Shown piece by piece: positions 39,094-49,248 of a stretch of 64,000 nt of DNA. Source of the stretch: Ignisphaera sp. (GTDB lineage Archaea; Thermoproteota; Thermoprotei_A; Sulfolobales; Ignisphaeraceae). Made by a program: the position numbers and the translations under genes. Each line of letters begins with the position of its first letter. The stretch's first letter is position 1. Under the pieces are notes generated by a model. It worked only from the letters and a program-made list of their open reading frames with translations, ran no database searches and was not told the origin of the DNA. Where the stretch lies: assembly GCA_038889075.1 (NCBI GenBank), contig JAWAHS010000002.1:268930-332929 (forward strand), read 5' to 3'.

Positions 39094-39494
39094 TTGCACT
39101 AGGCTGTATTCTTAAAGTACACCAGTGTGGATACTGCTTACCAAACCGTTTTACAGCTATTCCTTGCTTTCCTAGGAAACTCTCTGATCTTCCTCTTCTC
39201 TGGAGATAGAGTAACCTTAGTTCAACTTCTCGCACCAAGTATCTTAGGAATTTACAATCTATGCCCTAAATATAGCCCATCGTTGTATGTATCTACTCTA
39301 ACTGTTAGCCTTCTCGTAAACAAGGTTTACGACTAATTTGTTCTTTAGATTTTACGGTATCTTGGGAACAATTTACGTGGAGGTTAGGATCTGTAGTTCA
39401 AACCATATTTACAGAATCTCTGGGTACACTACATCTTGTTGTAGTATGTGGCTATAGAACAAACTCTTAAAATCTTTACATAGGTGCTACCTAT

Positions 39495-39995
39495 TTGTTG
39501 AAGGTGCTATATGTTTCAATGGATAGCGGGTTGACTAGAGCCTTATCCTTTGTAGACTTTGGAGATATATGCAGGGGGTGTACTGTAAACTGCTGTAAAA
39601 GATTCTATGCGGTGTTACTACCGGAGGAGGAGGAGAGGTTTAGAGGAATGGCATTTACGGTAAGCACGCCTATTGGTGATGTAAAGGCGATCGGTGCAAA
39701 GGATGGAAAGCCGTGTCCATATCTGGACAGCATCGGTAGATGTAGTATATACCCATTTAGGTCTTTTGACTGTAGACTGTGGCCTATAATACTCTACTAC
39801 GATTTTAATACAGGTGAAAAGGTGGTGTACCTGGATCTCGAGTGTCCTGCAGCAGCTGCTGGAAGGATAGATGAGAGCTTTATAAAGAGGGTTGTCGAGC
39901 TGTTAAAAGGCTGTAGGGTAGATATTGAGTGGTTGAAGAGGTATACACTTGCTCCATGGCCGAACAATCTAAGGGAAATAGCTAGATTCAGATAG
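39495..39995 (+). CDS. YkgJ family cysteine-cluster protein
   Basis: CxxCxxxCC ... CPYL...CSIYPFR...CRLWP ... ECP; start may be ATG 39519. Confidence 0.85.
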   Translation: MLKVLYVSMDSGLTRALSFVDFGDICRGCTVNCCKRFYAVLLPEEEERFRGMAFTVSTPIGDVKAIGAKDGKPCPYLDSIGRCSIYPFRSFDCRLWPIILYYDFNTGEKVVYLDLECPAAAAGRIDESFIKRVVELLKGCRVDIEWLKRYTLAPWPNNLREIARFR

Positions 39996-40017
39996 CTAAA
40001 AGGTATCTCTACTCTAG

Positions 40018-40476
40018 CTACTCAAAGTATATCTTTGCACAGATCTTTCTTCCATGCATAGAATAGCCCTTAATAAATTCCCTAATAAATTCATCAATAA
40101 TAGGCTCTCTGAGGCTGTGGATAACATCCCATATTAGATAGGCTAAGTCGCTACAGTCGATATCTCTATCGATACTGGGATTTTCATTTAAGATAACAGA
40201 TCCCCAGTGCCATAAACCATTACTTTGAAACATATTTATAGGACTTGCAAATCCGTATCCAAAGCCAGAGACATTAACAATACCATCTTGATTAAATACA
40301 ATCTCTATCCCGTGCATCCTTATATTGTCTATGTATTCAAGCATCTTAATTCGAGTAACATCTCTCTGTCTAGTTATAACTATCCTCCTGTGGAGTGTAG
40401 AATCCCTATTTATTTTTTGAAGCGTAATCCCGCCCGCTTCTATATATACTTTAATGGAGGTATAAGTGTTTCGCAT
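40018..40476 (-). CDS. Hypothetical protein
   Basis: 152-aa ORF with host-like codon usage and TATA-like sequence upstream; no motif recognised. Confidence 0.6.
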   Translation of the reverse strand: MRNTYTSIKVYIEAGGITLQKINRDSTLHRRIVITRQRDVTRIKMLEYIDNIRMHGIEIVFNQDGIVNVSGFGYGFASPINMFQSNGLWHWGSVILNENPSIDRDIDCSDLAYLIWDVIHSLREPIIDEFIREFIKGYSMHGRKICAKIYFE

Positions 40477-40541
40477 ATATAAGAATTATATAAATTTAGA
40501 TGAAAATACACTATTCAATACAGGAATTAAACGTGGTATGG

Positions 40542-41867
40542 CTAAGCCTCGAATCTTGCTATAAAGAAGCCCTCACATCTATCAATGTGTGGAAAGGTTC
40601 TACTCACAACATTCCACACTCTATACCTTCTATAGCCTCTAGAGGCCCTCAACCCCGTATCAACTAGTCTGTGACTAGAAATATTTCTAGCCACCTCTTC
40701 AACCACTTCCTCACCCTCCTCGGGTAATATGGAACAGACGGAGTAGATGGCAGTGGAACTGTATTTCAGTGCATTGTAGAGCATATCGATCTGCGTCTTC
40801 TTCATCTTGGTTGGGATGGAGTGATCTCTAAGTGTTATCTTTATGCTTGGATCCTTTGATATAGCTCCACTGCTACTACATACGGCATCTATGAGTGCTA
40901 GATCAGCTCTATCTCTAAACGAAATCCCTCTACTATCTGTATGAAGTAGATCAATTTTAGATGTATCTACTCCGTACTGTTTAAGAAGAAGCCTCATAGA
41001 GTTTAACCTCTTAATCGAGAAGTCCATCGCTATTATCCTTGCCCTATTTTCTGTAAGCTGCATTATGAGAGAGGCCTTTATACCTGGAGCAGCAGCAAAG
41101 TCGTATATAACCATGTTCTCCTCCGGTCTTGCTGCCAATACTGCTAGTATGCTCGCTCTATCCTGTAGAACGATCGACCCATTTTTAAAGAGCTCCAGCT
41201 CTCTAATAGGTTTTGAACTCTTAACAACTCTAGCTAAGAATGGTATATCCCTATCATACTCGAGTACAACTCCCTCCTTCTCAAGAAGGTGGAACGCCTT
41301 GTCAATATCAATCTTAAGGGTGTTGACCCTAATCCATATAACCCTTCTATTCATAGCCTCTAGAAGCTCCTCGACATCACTACTAGGTAGAACCTCTAGA
41401 AGTTTATCATAGAGCCACCTAGGATACGACAATCTTGCCCATACAGGCTTCACCTCAATACTATCAATACTAGGAATATCTCTCTGAACACTCTTCCTAA
41501 GCCTACTAGGAACAGCACCTCCACCCTCCTTTAGCCTAAGGTAGAGATAGATCTTAGCCAACATTCTGTAGCTGGGAATCGAACTTCCCCTAGCACACTC
41601 AACAATGTATCTAACCCTATAGTAGTTTGAGATAAAATCACGAGAAAGCTTAAATAACTCTTCTCTAGCAATACCAGTAGCACCACATCCAAACCTCCTA
41701 CACACATAAACAAAAGCCCTTCTAACAGATATCTTCATCCTTTCAACGATATAGAGCACGTTTGCAATAATGGCTGAGACCTTATCGACATCCACTGTAG
41801 ACACGCTACTATATACATCCGTGAATTGTAGAGTAAATAAATGCAAATAGATGAACCGATTATACAA
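40542..41867 (-). CDS. RsmB/NOP2 family RNA m5C methyltransferase
   Basis: IRVNTLK, QDRAS, DFAAAPGIKA, DAVCSSSG, YSVCSILPEEGE, EGFFIA; true start probably ~41800. Confidence 0.9.
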   Translation of the reverse strand: MYNRFIYLHLFTLQFTDVYSSVSTVDVDKVSAIIANVLYIVERMKISVRRAFVYVCRRFGCGATGIAREELFKLSRDFISNYYRVRYIVECARGSSIPSYRMLAKIYLYLRLKEGGGAVPSRLRKSVQRDIPSIDSIEVKPVWARLSYPRWLYDKLLEVLPSSDVEELLEAMNRRVIWIRVNTLKIDIDKAFHLLEKEGVVLEYDRDIPFLARVVKSSKPIRELELFKNGSIVLQDRASILAVLAARPEENMVIYDFAAAPGIKASLIMQLTENRARIIAMDFSIKRLNSMRLLLKQYGVDTSKIDLLHTDSRGISFRDRADLALIDAVCSSSGAISKDPSIKITLRDHSIPTKMKKTQIDMLYNALKYSSTAIYSVCSILPEEGEEVVEEVARNISSHRLVDTGLRASRGYRRYRVWNVVSRTFPHIDRCEGFFIARFEA

Positions 41868-42199
41868 CTTGAGATCATCTATAGCTAAAGAAAACCGGTG
41901 AACTGATCTATTGAAGATAGCAACTTATAGTTGGGAGATGGTTTACGATATTTAGAATCTGCTGACCTTTCAACAGTTTACAGAATAGAATCTTCAGGAT
42001 TCGACAAAATGCTTAGCTTTACATTGACGAAAATACCATTTCTACTGCAACAAAGTACTGTATTTAAAGAATATGGCATCCAGGTACCCTACTACAGTTA
42101 TTTTCATATTGTTTCTGTAATTTGTTTGAAACATTTTTAGTGTTTTGAAATAAATATTTTAGCTACATATTCACAACTGTCACGTGATCGGTGTTTTAG

Positions 42200-43513
42200 G
42201 TGCTTCGCAGTAAGGATTTCATTGTACTTGAAATAATATTCCTATCTATAGTTATAGGATCGCTAACTATATCGTACAACCTTTATCTCCATAGACACGA
42301 TCTGGAGATAGCTGTAGGTATCACCAAGCCGGTAGCGATCTCTAACGAATATATTCAAAGAGTAACAGAATTTATTAATGAAGTTAAACAGGATGTCTCT
42401 AGAATAAGGCAGCTTAGCTTTGATAAAGAGATAGATGTGGTGATAATAAATACAACATGGGCTGTGAGGATGTGGGCTCCTAAGGAGGATAGCATTTCTG
42501 AAGATATGATCTATAGAGAGGTAGTGTATAAGGCAACACTTCTTGTTCCATACAATTTTAGTATAGTTGCAGGTCAGAGGGGATGGGTTGCAATGTTTCT
42601 AGCAGCTACAGCAGGTACAACACTTTACATAAATACAGACTACTTTAATCCTGAGCATAGTGTGGCTAGGAATGTGCTTGCTCACGAACTTACACACATA
42701 CTCCAGCACCTCCACCTTAAGATGGCGATGGAGAGCACTACTGCAGATAGCATTATGGCCTACTCAGCTCTTATAGAGGGCGATGCTGGTTGGACACAGC
42801 ATCTCTACTGTATGGATACAGGTTTATGTACTCCATCTCCAGCATTAGCTATAGATGTTAGAAATCCGTATACATCCCTACTCCTATTCCCGTACATATA
42901 CGGTGAGAGTTTCGTAAAAACACTATACTCATACGGTGGATGGGAGCTTGTTAATAGAGCGTACTCAAAGCCTCCAATATCTACGTCTATGGTTATGAGG
43001 CCGGAGAGGTACATAGCTTATCTATTCAATGGAAGCTTTCTACCAGAAAATGTAACTATATCACGTAGCCTCTGCCAATATGGAGAGCCTCTATATAGTG
43101 ATACGTTAGGCGAATACTATATATTGCTTGTGCTTGCTCAGAGGATAGGGTTGGAGGAGGCAATGCGTGCTGCCGATGGCTGGAGTGGGGATAGAGTTGA
43201 ATTATATAGAGATACAGGTTCCAGGTATCCGAAATGGATGCTGTGCTGGAATATATCATGGACATCCCAGGAAGAGGCTAGAGAATTCTACCAATCATTC
43301 ATACGGGCACTAAAGAGCAGCACAGAGAGTATATCCATCTATGGAAATACAGCCTATGCTAAGATATACGCTGAGGAAATACGTAGGGGATGGGAACCGG
43401 GGGTAGAGATAGTACCACAAGCAATCAACTTAAGCATATCGATAAACGATAGGTATGTTGCAATATTTTCAGAAGTTACGGAATTGACATACATTTGTAA
43501 AGCATGTGGCTGA
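42200..43513 (+). CDS. Membrane-anchored secreted zinc-metallopeptidase-like surface protein
   Basis: N-terminal TM; LAHELTHILQ + ALIEGDA; FPYIYGESFV; PPIST; DTLGE; ADGWSGD. Confidence 0.78.
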   Translation: MLRSKDFIVLEIIFLSIVIGSLTISYNLYLHRHDLEIAVGITKPVAISNEYIQRVTEFINEVKQDVSRIRQLSFDKEIDVVIINTTWAVRMWAPKEDSISEDMIYREVVYKATLLVPYNFSIVAGQRGWVAMFLAATAGTTLYINTDYFNPEHSVARNVLAHELTHILQHLHLKMAMESTTADSIMAYSALIEGDAGWTQHLYCMDTGLCTPSPALAIDVRNPYTSLLLFPYIYGESFVKTLYSYGGWELVNRAYSKPPISTSMVMRPERYIAYLFNGSFLPENVTISRSLCQYGEPLYSDTLGEYYILLVLAQRIGLEEAMRAADGWSGDRVELYRDTGSRYPKWMLCWNISWTSQEEAREFYQSFIRALKSSTESISIYGNTAYAKIYAEEIRRGWEPGVEIVPQAINLSISINDRYVAIFSEVTELTYICKACG

Positions 43514-43563
43514 GAATTCTATATTCTATTGTATAAGGATTGGTTCTACAGAAAATGTTGGAC

Positions 43564-44550
43564 TTAGATTTCGCTAATTATCATGTTTATTAGATTCTTT
43601 CTCCTTACGCTAACTAAAGCTTTCTCTATCTCATCCCTTGTTGGTGCATCACTAGATGAAATTCTAGATCTTTTTAAACCAGCTGCTATAGATGCGTATT
43701 CAATTGCACTTAATATACTCTTATCCTCAAGATATTTAGCTACAAATACACCTGTAAAAACATCGCCACAGCCAGCAGTAGTTTTTGCATCAAGTCCTAG
43801 TCCCTCTAGATTTAATGGAGAGACCCTTATAATTTTTCCAGATCTTCGATCTATCGCTATAGCACCTTCAGCTCCAAGCTTTACAATAATAGAACATCTG
43901 GTCTCCAGATTGCGGAGGTTCTGAGGATGTACATCTATATCGAATCCGAAGATCTCTATGAATTCGTATCTATTCGGAAGAATAAAACATTCATTCTCTA
44001 TATTAGCTAAATCGTCCACCCTAAACCAGCTCACACCCGGATCTAAAAAGATGGTAGCACCCTTTCTATTAGCTATATCTATTAGGTTTAGAGCTGTCTC
44101 CCTAGTAGTATTGGCGAGGACTACAGCATCCATTCTATCTATATTTATATATCTACCTGGATCTGGAGGATACTCATTGGCATTTGGAATGGTTACAATA
44201 GTTGCCTCGCGATTCTTATCAATAAATACATAGGCTTCACCGCTCGACTTACCATATATGGATAGACATGATGTATCTATACCTTCGGAAGCTAGTACAC
44301 TAACTATGTACTCTGCATGATCGCTACCTATAGTTGCAATAAGTTTCAATCTAAACCCTCTATTAAATCTAGCAATAGCTATTGCTATGTTTGCACCACT
44401 GCCACCAATACATTTGGAGATAAGTCTACCTCTATACTTTCTACCTCTTATGAAAACATCGCTCAACTCAATAATTGTATCAATATTGATTCTACCTGCT
44501 ATATAGATGTTGCACAAGATTTTCACCATTAACAGAATATATGCATCCAA
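43564..44550 (-). CDS. PfkB/ribokinase family carbohydrate kinase
   Basis: GGSGANIA, PNRYE, KLGAEG, TAGCGDVF. Confidence 0.88.
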   Translation of the reverse strand: MDAYILLMVKILCNIYIAGRINIDTIIELSDVFIRGRKYRGRLISKCIGGSGANIAIAIARFNRGFRLKLIATIGSDHAEYIVSVLASEGIDTSCLSIYGKSSGEAYVFIDKNREATIVTIPNANEYPPDPGRYINIDRMDAVVLANTTRETALNLIDIANRKGATIFLDPGVSWFRVDDLANIENECFILPNRYEFIEIFGFDIDVHPQNLRNLETRCSIIVKLGAEGAIAIDRRSGKIIRVSPLNLEGLGLDAKTTAGCGDVFTGVFVAKYLEDKSILSAIEYASIAAGLKRSRISSSDAPTRDEIEKALVSVRRKNLINMIISEI

Positions 44551-44663
44551 CTATGCCATGGGTGTATGCACTTTCCTATGTCGTTGTACTATGTAGAGCT
44601 ATTTCAATTGATTGAATAGGGTAGCCGAAATAGAAAACATCTTCATCATTGTAATACGGCACT

Positions 44664-45614
44664 CTATGTTATGGTCTGGATCGCTACAGGAACCTCCACA
44701 TTATATCTCCTACTACCCCTAATGATCTCAAGCTCCACATACCCTTTCTCTATAGACTCTTCGACAGCCATTCTCAATTCCCTTGGAGATGAAATTTCTC
44801 TACCATTTGCTCTAATCAATATATCACCCCTGGCTATACCGACCTCATGGGCAGGACTACCCCTTACAACACCAACTACTACAAGACCTCTACTAATAGG
44901 TAGCCTAAACATCCTTGCCTGCTCCTGTGTTATAGGTGCTACATACACTCCTATCCATGCAACTATTGGACGGCCATACTTGGATATCATCTCCAGGAAT
45001 CTCTTAACGGTATTTATGGGGATTGCAAAGCCTATACCCTGTGCATATGGTATGATGGCTGTTGTTACACCTATAGCCTCGCCACTAACATTTACTAGAG
45101 GACCACCACTGTTACCTGGATTTATGGCAGCATCCGTCTGGATGAGATCCTCTAGAATAATGTTCTCACCACTTATCGTTCTTCCAATAGCGCTTATAAC
45201 ACCCATTGTTACAGTGGCTCCTGGCAACCCTAGGGGTGAGCCTATTGCAAATACTATCTCCCCTACTCTAATTTTATCAGAATCACCTAGCGTAATGGGT
45301 TTTAGATTGGTTGTATCAACTTTTACGAGAGCTAGATCTCTATATGGGTCTGTAGCAACGACCTCAGCTTCTATTGTTTCTCCAGTTGGTAGAACTACGT
45401 ATACCGTTGAGGAGCCCTGTACAACGTGGTTATTGGTAACTATATACCCCCTACTATGAATTATAAAACCCGAGCCTACTCCTCTAACTGGAGCTAGGCC
45501 AAAGAACTCATCCATGGCTATCCTAACGGTTGATATAGTTACAACACTCTGCATCGCTTTTGCTACTATTTCTGTAATACTGTTACTAAACTCCTTTATA
45601 TCCAAGATCTTCAC
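44664..45614 (-). CDS. htrA: HtrA/DegP-like serine protease with PDZ domain (no signal peptide)
   Basis: GSGFI, TNNHVV, DLAL, TDAAINPGNSGGPL, PDZ GSPA...GD. Confidence 0.93.
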   Translation of the reverse strand: MKILDIKEFSNSITEIVAKAMQSVVTISTVRIAMDEFFGLAPVRGVGSGFIIHSRGYIVTNNHVVQGSSTVYVVLPTGETIEAEVVATDPYRDLALVKVDTTNLKPITLGDSDKIRVGEIVFAIGSPLGLPGATVTMGVISAIGRTISGENIILEDLIQTDAAINPGNSGGPLVNVSGEAIGVTTAIIPYAQGIGFAIPINTVKRFLEMISKYGRPIVAWIGVYVAPITQEQARMFRLPISRGLVVVGVVRGSPAHEVGIARGDILIRANGREISSPRELRMAVEESIEKGYVELEIIRGSRRYNVEVPVAIQTIT

Positions 45615-45668
45615 CTAGGTTATCTGCACAAAAAGAAGTTATAACTGTTTCCCACTATAAGCATATCT

Positions 45669-46010
45669 GTGGTTAGAATGTTTAGAGTTGTGTATGAGGC
45701 AGTGCTCCGTGGACTTCCAGAGGAGCTAGAGTGTCTATCAAATCTGTATAGAGTTCTAAGTACAAAGGGTATGTGTATAGGCTCACAGACTATGTTTATA
45801 TGCAGCTATAGAGATAGCATCATTATAAAGGTTACCCCCCACTCATCGAAATATATCCAGGGGATGCAGCTGTACAGAGATGTTGCACAGCCGCTCACCA
45901 TTGCAATAGTTATAGAGGGTGGTGGTGCTGATGATATAATCGATGCTACTACCACTGTCTATGACGCGGCTAAGAGCTGTGGATTGTCAATAAGGTTGCT
46001 CTCTGAATAG
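45669..46010 (+). CDS. Hypothetical protein
   Basis: 113-aa ORF divergent from htrA, TATA-like TTATAA upstream; start may be ATG 45678. Confidence 0.6.
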   Translation: MVRMFRVVYEAVLRGLPEELECLSNLYRVLSTKGMCIGSQTMFICSYRDSIIIKVTPHSSKYIQGMQLYRDVAQPLTIAIVIEGGGADDIIDATTTVYDAAKSCGLSIRLLSE

Positions 46011-46102
46011 AGGTCCTTCCTCACCTTATCTTTTCTTCTGTGAGCTGGTACAGCTATTTAACTAGACATTAAAAGCTTGTAGAGAGTTTTAGAAGTATTG
46101 CT

Positions 46103-47998
46103 CTACTGTTTTAAAAGTTTGGATATGCGGCTATGTACCCTATGTTCGATAATCTTTATGAATTCAATAGCGATGGTTATAGCCAGTAGAATTGTAAATA
46201 TATTGAGTATATAGTTAGTGATATCGATTAGGATCCTCTGAGCCCGTATAATGGCTAGACAGTAATTTATAGGGTACCTAATAAAGATTGAAGTTAGAAG
46301 TATTATCATCTCTATTGAAACTCTCATATAGACTGTTGTTGTCATCCAGAGGCTTTTAGATATAAAATCCTTGATACTGATAAGAATATACCACAATCCT
46401 CTCACAACTCTATAAGCAAAATATATCATTACAGCTAGCTCAACAACTAAAATTACCTCCCATACTATTGTAGGCATATCTTCAGCCAGATATCTATGAA
46501 GATATTCAAGTCCTAGAGCCGTCGTATATATTAGAAGGATTAATATTAGAGAATCTCTGACAACATCGTGAATAGCAATTCTTACTGGTGTGAATATTAT
46601 TGGTCTTGGCATAGCCCTCTTAACAAACTTCACAAGACTTTGTCCTTGCAGTACTCTTCTACCCTTGACAATAAGGATTGTTATCTTAGCTATAAAGTAC
46701 CAGCTGGAGAAAAGGATATATAGTAAACCTAGAAGTGGTTGTTTGAATATTAGAGCTAGAGCTATAACTGCTATCCGTACATCTCTTGTAGGCCATGGAA
46801 AAGAGGTTCTGGCCTTCACTACAAAATCCCTGTCTCTAATTAAATTGCTTAGGAAGCTGACATATATTGAGCCGAGGAGGGCTAGGAACGAAAGCACTAT
46901 ATACTCTATCCGTAGGGGCCAAATCCCAAGAATGAAACCCTGATATACTAGCCCAGCTATAAGAAGTGTATCGACAATTCTATCCAGGGTTGTATCGAGG
47001 ATTGCTCCAAACTCTGTCTGTCTATTGAATAGTCTGGCGACCTCGCCATCAACACCATCGAGAATTGATGACAGGGAAGCGAGAATAGCACCTAAGGTAT
47101 ACATGTTTAGATAGGCCGCAACAGCACCAGCTATACCTATAATGAAAACTAGAGCTGTTATTATACTTGGATCAACAAATATACCATTTTTGTATAGAAA
47201 AAGGCTAATCCTTGTTGAAATCCTTCTATTTATATATCTAGCTACAATACCATCGCTATCCTTGATGAGATTCCTTCTCATAATCTCCCAATAGATCTTC
47301 CTAGCCTTAGCTAAATCTTCAACAGAGTCTACATCTATCCAGCGTAGACCAGTTACATCTACAAAACCAACAAGTCCCCTCCTAGCCAGTATATTTATGA
47401 AGTTGGATAGTGTAGCACTCCTCCCATACTCTTTCACAACATTGCTTATTTCTATAAATAGCTTCTTAGGGATATAGAATAGACCTGTATCGATACCTGT
47501 CAATGGAGGTATATCCTTTCCGGCTAAAACTACAGCCGAACCATCTATGATTACCTTCAGCCCCTCTACAGCTTCCTCACCGCGTACAGATCTGTCTAGG
47601 CATAGCAGAACTCTATCCCTATCTCTAGTAGATGCCTTAATAAGATTCTTTAGAATACTGGACTCATATACATGGTCAGACATACTAACAATAATATCAT
47701 CTTCTATACCCATCTCCTTAAGTTTCTCAATTGCTTGGTAGAGCGTCCATAGATTACCATCACCTGGAATAACATCGACGACCACTATTCTACTGCTAGA
47801 TACTTTAGTAGAGAAAATATCCTTGAGATCGCCTCTGGTAGCTATATACACTTCAACAATACCAACTTCACCCATAACCTTCATTATATAATCTATAATC
47901 GATATTCCATGTTCTAGCTCGATTAACGACTTTGGTATAGATTCAGTATGGGGTCTAAGTCTAGTACCATATCCAGCAGCAATAACAATACCAATCAT
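46103..47998 (-). CDS. Bifunctional IPCT/DIPPS-like protein (NTP transferase + CDP-alcohol phosphatidyltransferase) with extra C-terminal membrane domain
   Basis: AAGYGTRL...PK, MSDH, DTG, WIDVD; DGIVARYINRRIS; DGVDGEVAR...GAILD..LDRIVD; TRDVR. Confidence 0.88.
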   Translation of the reverse strand: MIGIVIAAGYGTRLRPHTESIPKSLIELEHGISIIDYIMKVMGEVGIVEVYIATRGDLKDIFSTKVSSSRIVVVDVIPGDGNLWTLYQAIEKLKEMGIEDDIIVSMSDHVYESSILKNLIKASTRDRDRVLLCLDRSVRGEEAVEGLKVIIDGSAVVLAGKDIPPLTGIDTGLFYIPKKLFIEISNVVKEYGRSATLSNFINILARRGLVGFVDVTGLRWIDVDSVEDLAKARKIYWEIMRRNLIKDSDGIVARYINRRISTRISLFLYKNGIFVDPSIITALVFIIGIAGAVAAYLNMYTLGAILASLSSILDGVDGEVARLFNRQTEFGAILDTTLDRIVDTLLIAGLVYQGFILGIWPLRIEYIVLSFLALLGSIYVSFLSNLIRDRDFVVKARTSFPWPTRDVRIAVIALALIFKQPLLGLLYILFSSWYFIAKITILIVKGRRVLQGQSLVKFVKRAMPRPIIFTPVRIAIHDVVRDSLILILLIYTTALGLEYLHRYLAEDMPTIVWEVILVVELAVMIYFAYRVVRGLWYILISIKDFISKSLWMTTTVYMRVSIEMIILLTSIFIRYPINYCLAIIRAQRILIDITNYILNIFTILLAITIAIEFIKIIEHRVHSRISKLLKQ

Positions 47999-48130
47999 TC
48001 TCTAACCCACTATATAGCAGATATATGAATATTAATAACCGTTAATGCCAGCTGAAATAGTTAGTCCATGAATGAATTCTATGGAATAACATTTATCTAA
48101 AATCTTCTAATACATGTTTCTAGCTCTAAT

Positions 48131-49243
48131 TCAATGCGTTGTGATAAATATGTATACTATTATTGCTAAGAGTATGATTAATCCAAGTATAAGGGAGAGA
48201 GCAATTAATGAATTTTCAAAGGATCTCTGAATAGAGTGAATGGAATGTATAAAGCGATGTCTTATCAGGTTCAGAAATCTGTATTCGAATTCTATACTTA
48301 TTCTAACTATGGAGGATAATATTCTACGTGCAGGTGGCGAATCTATATCAACCATTCTATCAATTTTATTCTCAATTTTACGGAAATCCGGCTTTAGTGA
48401 CGTGATGTCTATGGAGATTCTACGATGTTTCTTATAAAGATGAATAGCATAACTACACATTCTTCTAACATATTTCAAAAGGGCTAGTAGTGGTACTGAT
48501 AGATAGAGATGAATTCTATAGATATTCGAAGTTATTAAGGAAGTAAAAATCGACTGGCATCTTCTACAAGTTCTAAAAATAGTTGTTGAACCATGGTGGA
48601 TTAGTGTGAGGAAAATCCACAATGGGAGAGTGAGTATGGCAGGTAGTAAGAGACGTATGATATCGATATTTAGAGAGAAGCATGTATGGGACACACCAAC
48701 CGATATGTATAGTACTGTAAACCTTTGGAGATAGTTAAGGTTTATATTTATGGAGGCTACCGCTAAGGAATATATGTGGACTCTCTGTACAGCTTCCCAT
48801 AGGGGGAGTAGCATCATGACTACAACTATAATCTGTATATACGGCTGAATTCTGTCCGCCATGTATATCATATAGTAGTAAGTGGGTACTAAAATGGGTA
48901 GCATGCAACATATGATGATACCACTTGTTGTATTATTTGTAATAAGTAAGAGTAGTGAAAATACGGATAGCTCTACAGCCAATAGCTTTATGGATAGTTC
49001 TAACATGGCGGGGTTTCCATCTAGGTATGCATAAGATGCTATGAATATTGTCAGTACTAGTAGAGCTGATTCTATACCTACTATAGTAGTGATTAAGTAG
49101 TGGCGTTCATTGACAGGAACTACCCCTCTAGATCTAATTAGATGTTCTTCAATATAGTTGTTCAGAAAACCATATAAATTTGAGAGATAGATGGAGGCCA
49201 CCGATATAAGAAGTGAAGGTAGATACGTGGAAAGCGCTATCAT
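48131..49243 (-). CDS. Membrane protein, last gene of the Mrp-type operon
   Basis: Multiple TMs, basic amphipathic stretch and terminal TM; 5 bp after the preceding antiporter-like subunit. Confidence 0.65.
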   Translation of the reverse strand: MIALSTYLPSLLISVASIYLSNLYGFLNNYIEEHLIRSRGVVPVNERHYLITTIVGIESALLVLTIFIASYAYLDGNPAMLELSIKLLAVELSVFSLLLLITNNTTSGIIICCMLPILVPTYYYMIYMADRIQPYIQIIVVVMMLLPLWEAVQRVHIYSLAVASININLNYLQRFTVLYISVGVSHTCFSLNIDIIRLLLPAILTLPLWIFLTLIHHGSTTIFRTCRRCQSIFTSLITSNIYRIHLYLSVPLLALLKYVRRMCSYAIHLYKKHRRISIDITSLKPDFRKIENKIDRMVDIDSPPARRILSSIVRISIEFEYRFLNLIRHRFIHSIHSIQRSFENSLIALSLILGLIILLAIIVYIFITTH

Positions 49244-49248
49244 TAGAT

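Noticed and set aside
39130-39332. Additional tnpB fragment (EKRKIREFPRK) and hairpin TCGTAAAC-aag-GTTTACGA as another IS end
   Set aside because: The peptide similarity is too short to support, and one 8-bp hairpin can arise by chance
38790-39336. Short ORFs 38790..38972, 38815..39081, 39047..39238 and 39127..39336 as genes
   Set aside because: They are overlapping, motif-less frames across the IS remnant and its flank
44590-44650. ATGATGA on the minus strand after htrA as a C/D sRNA
   Set aside because: No CTGA D box or internal D'/C' at suitable spacing
44671-45459. 262-aa antisense ORF over htrA, and the many other 60-170 aa antisense ORFs
   Set aside because: Shadow frames of well-supported genes, with no motifs or translation signals
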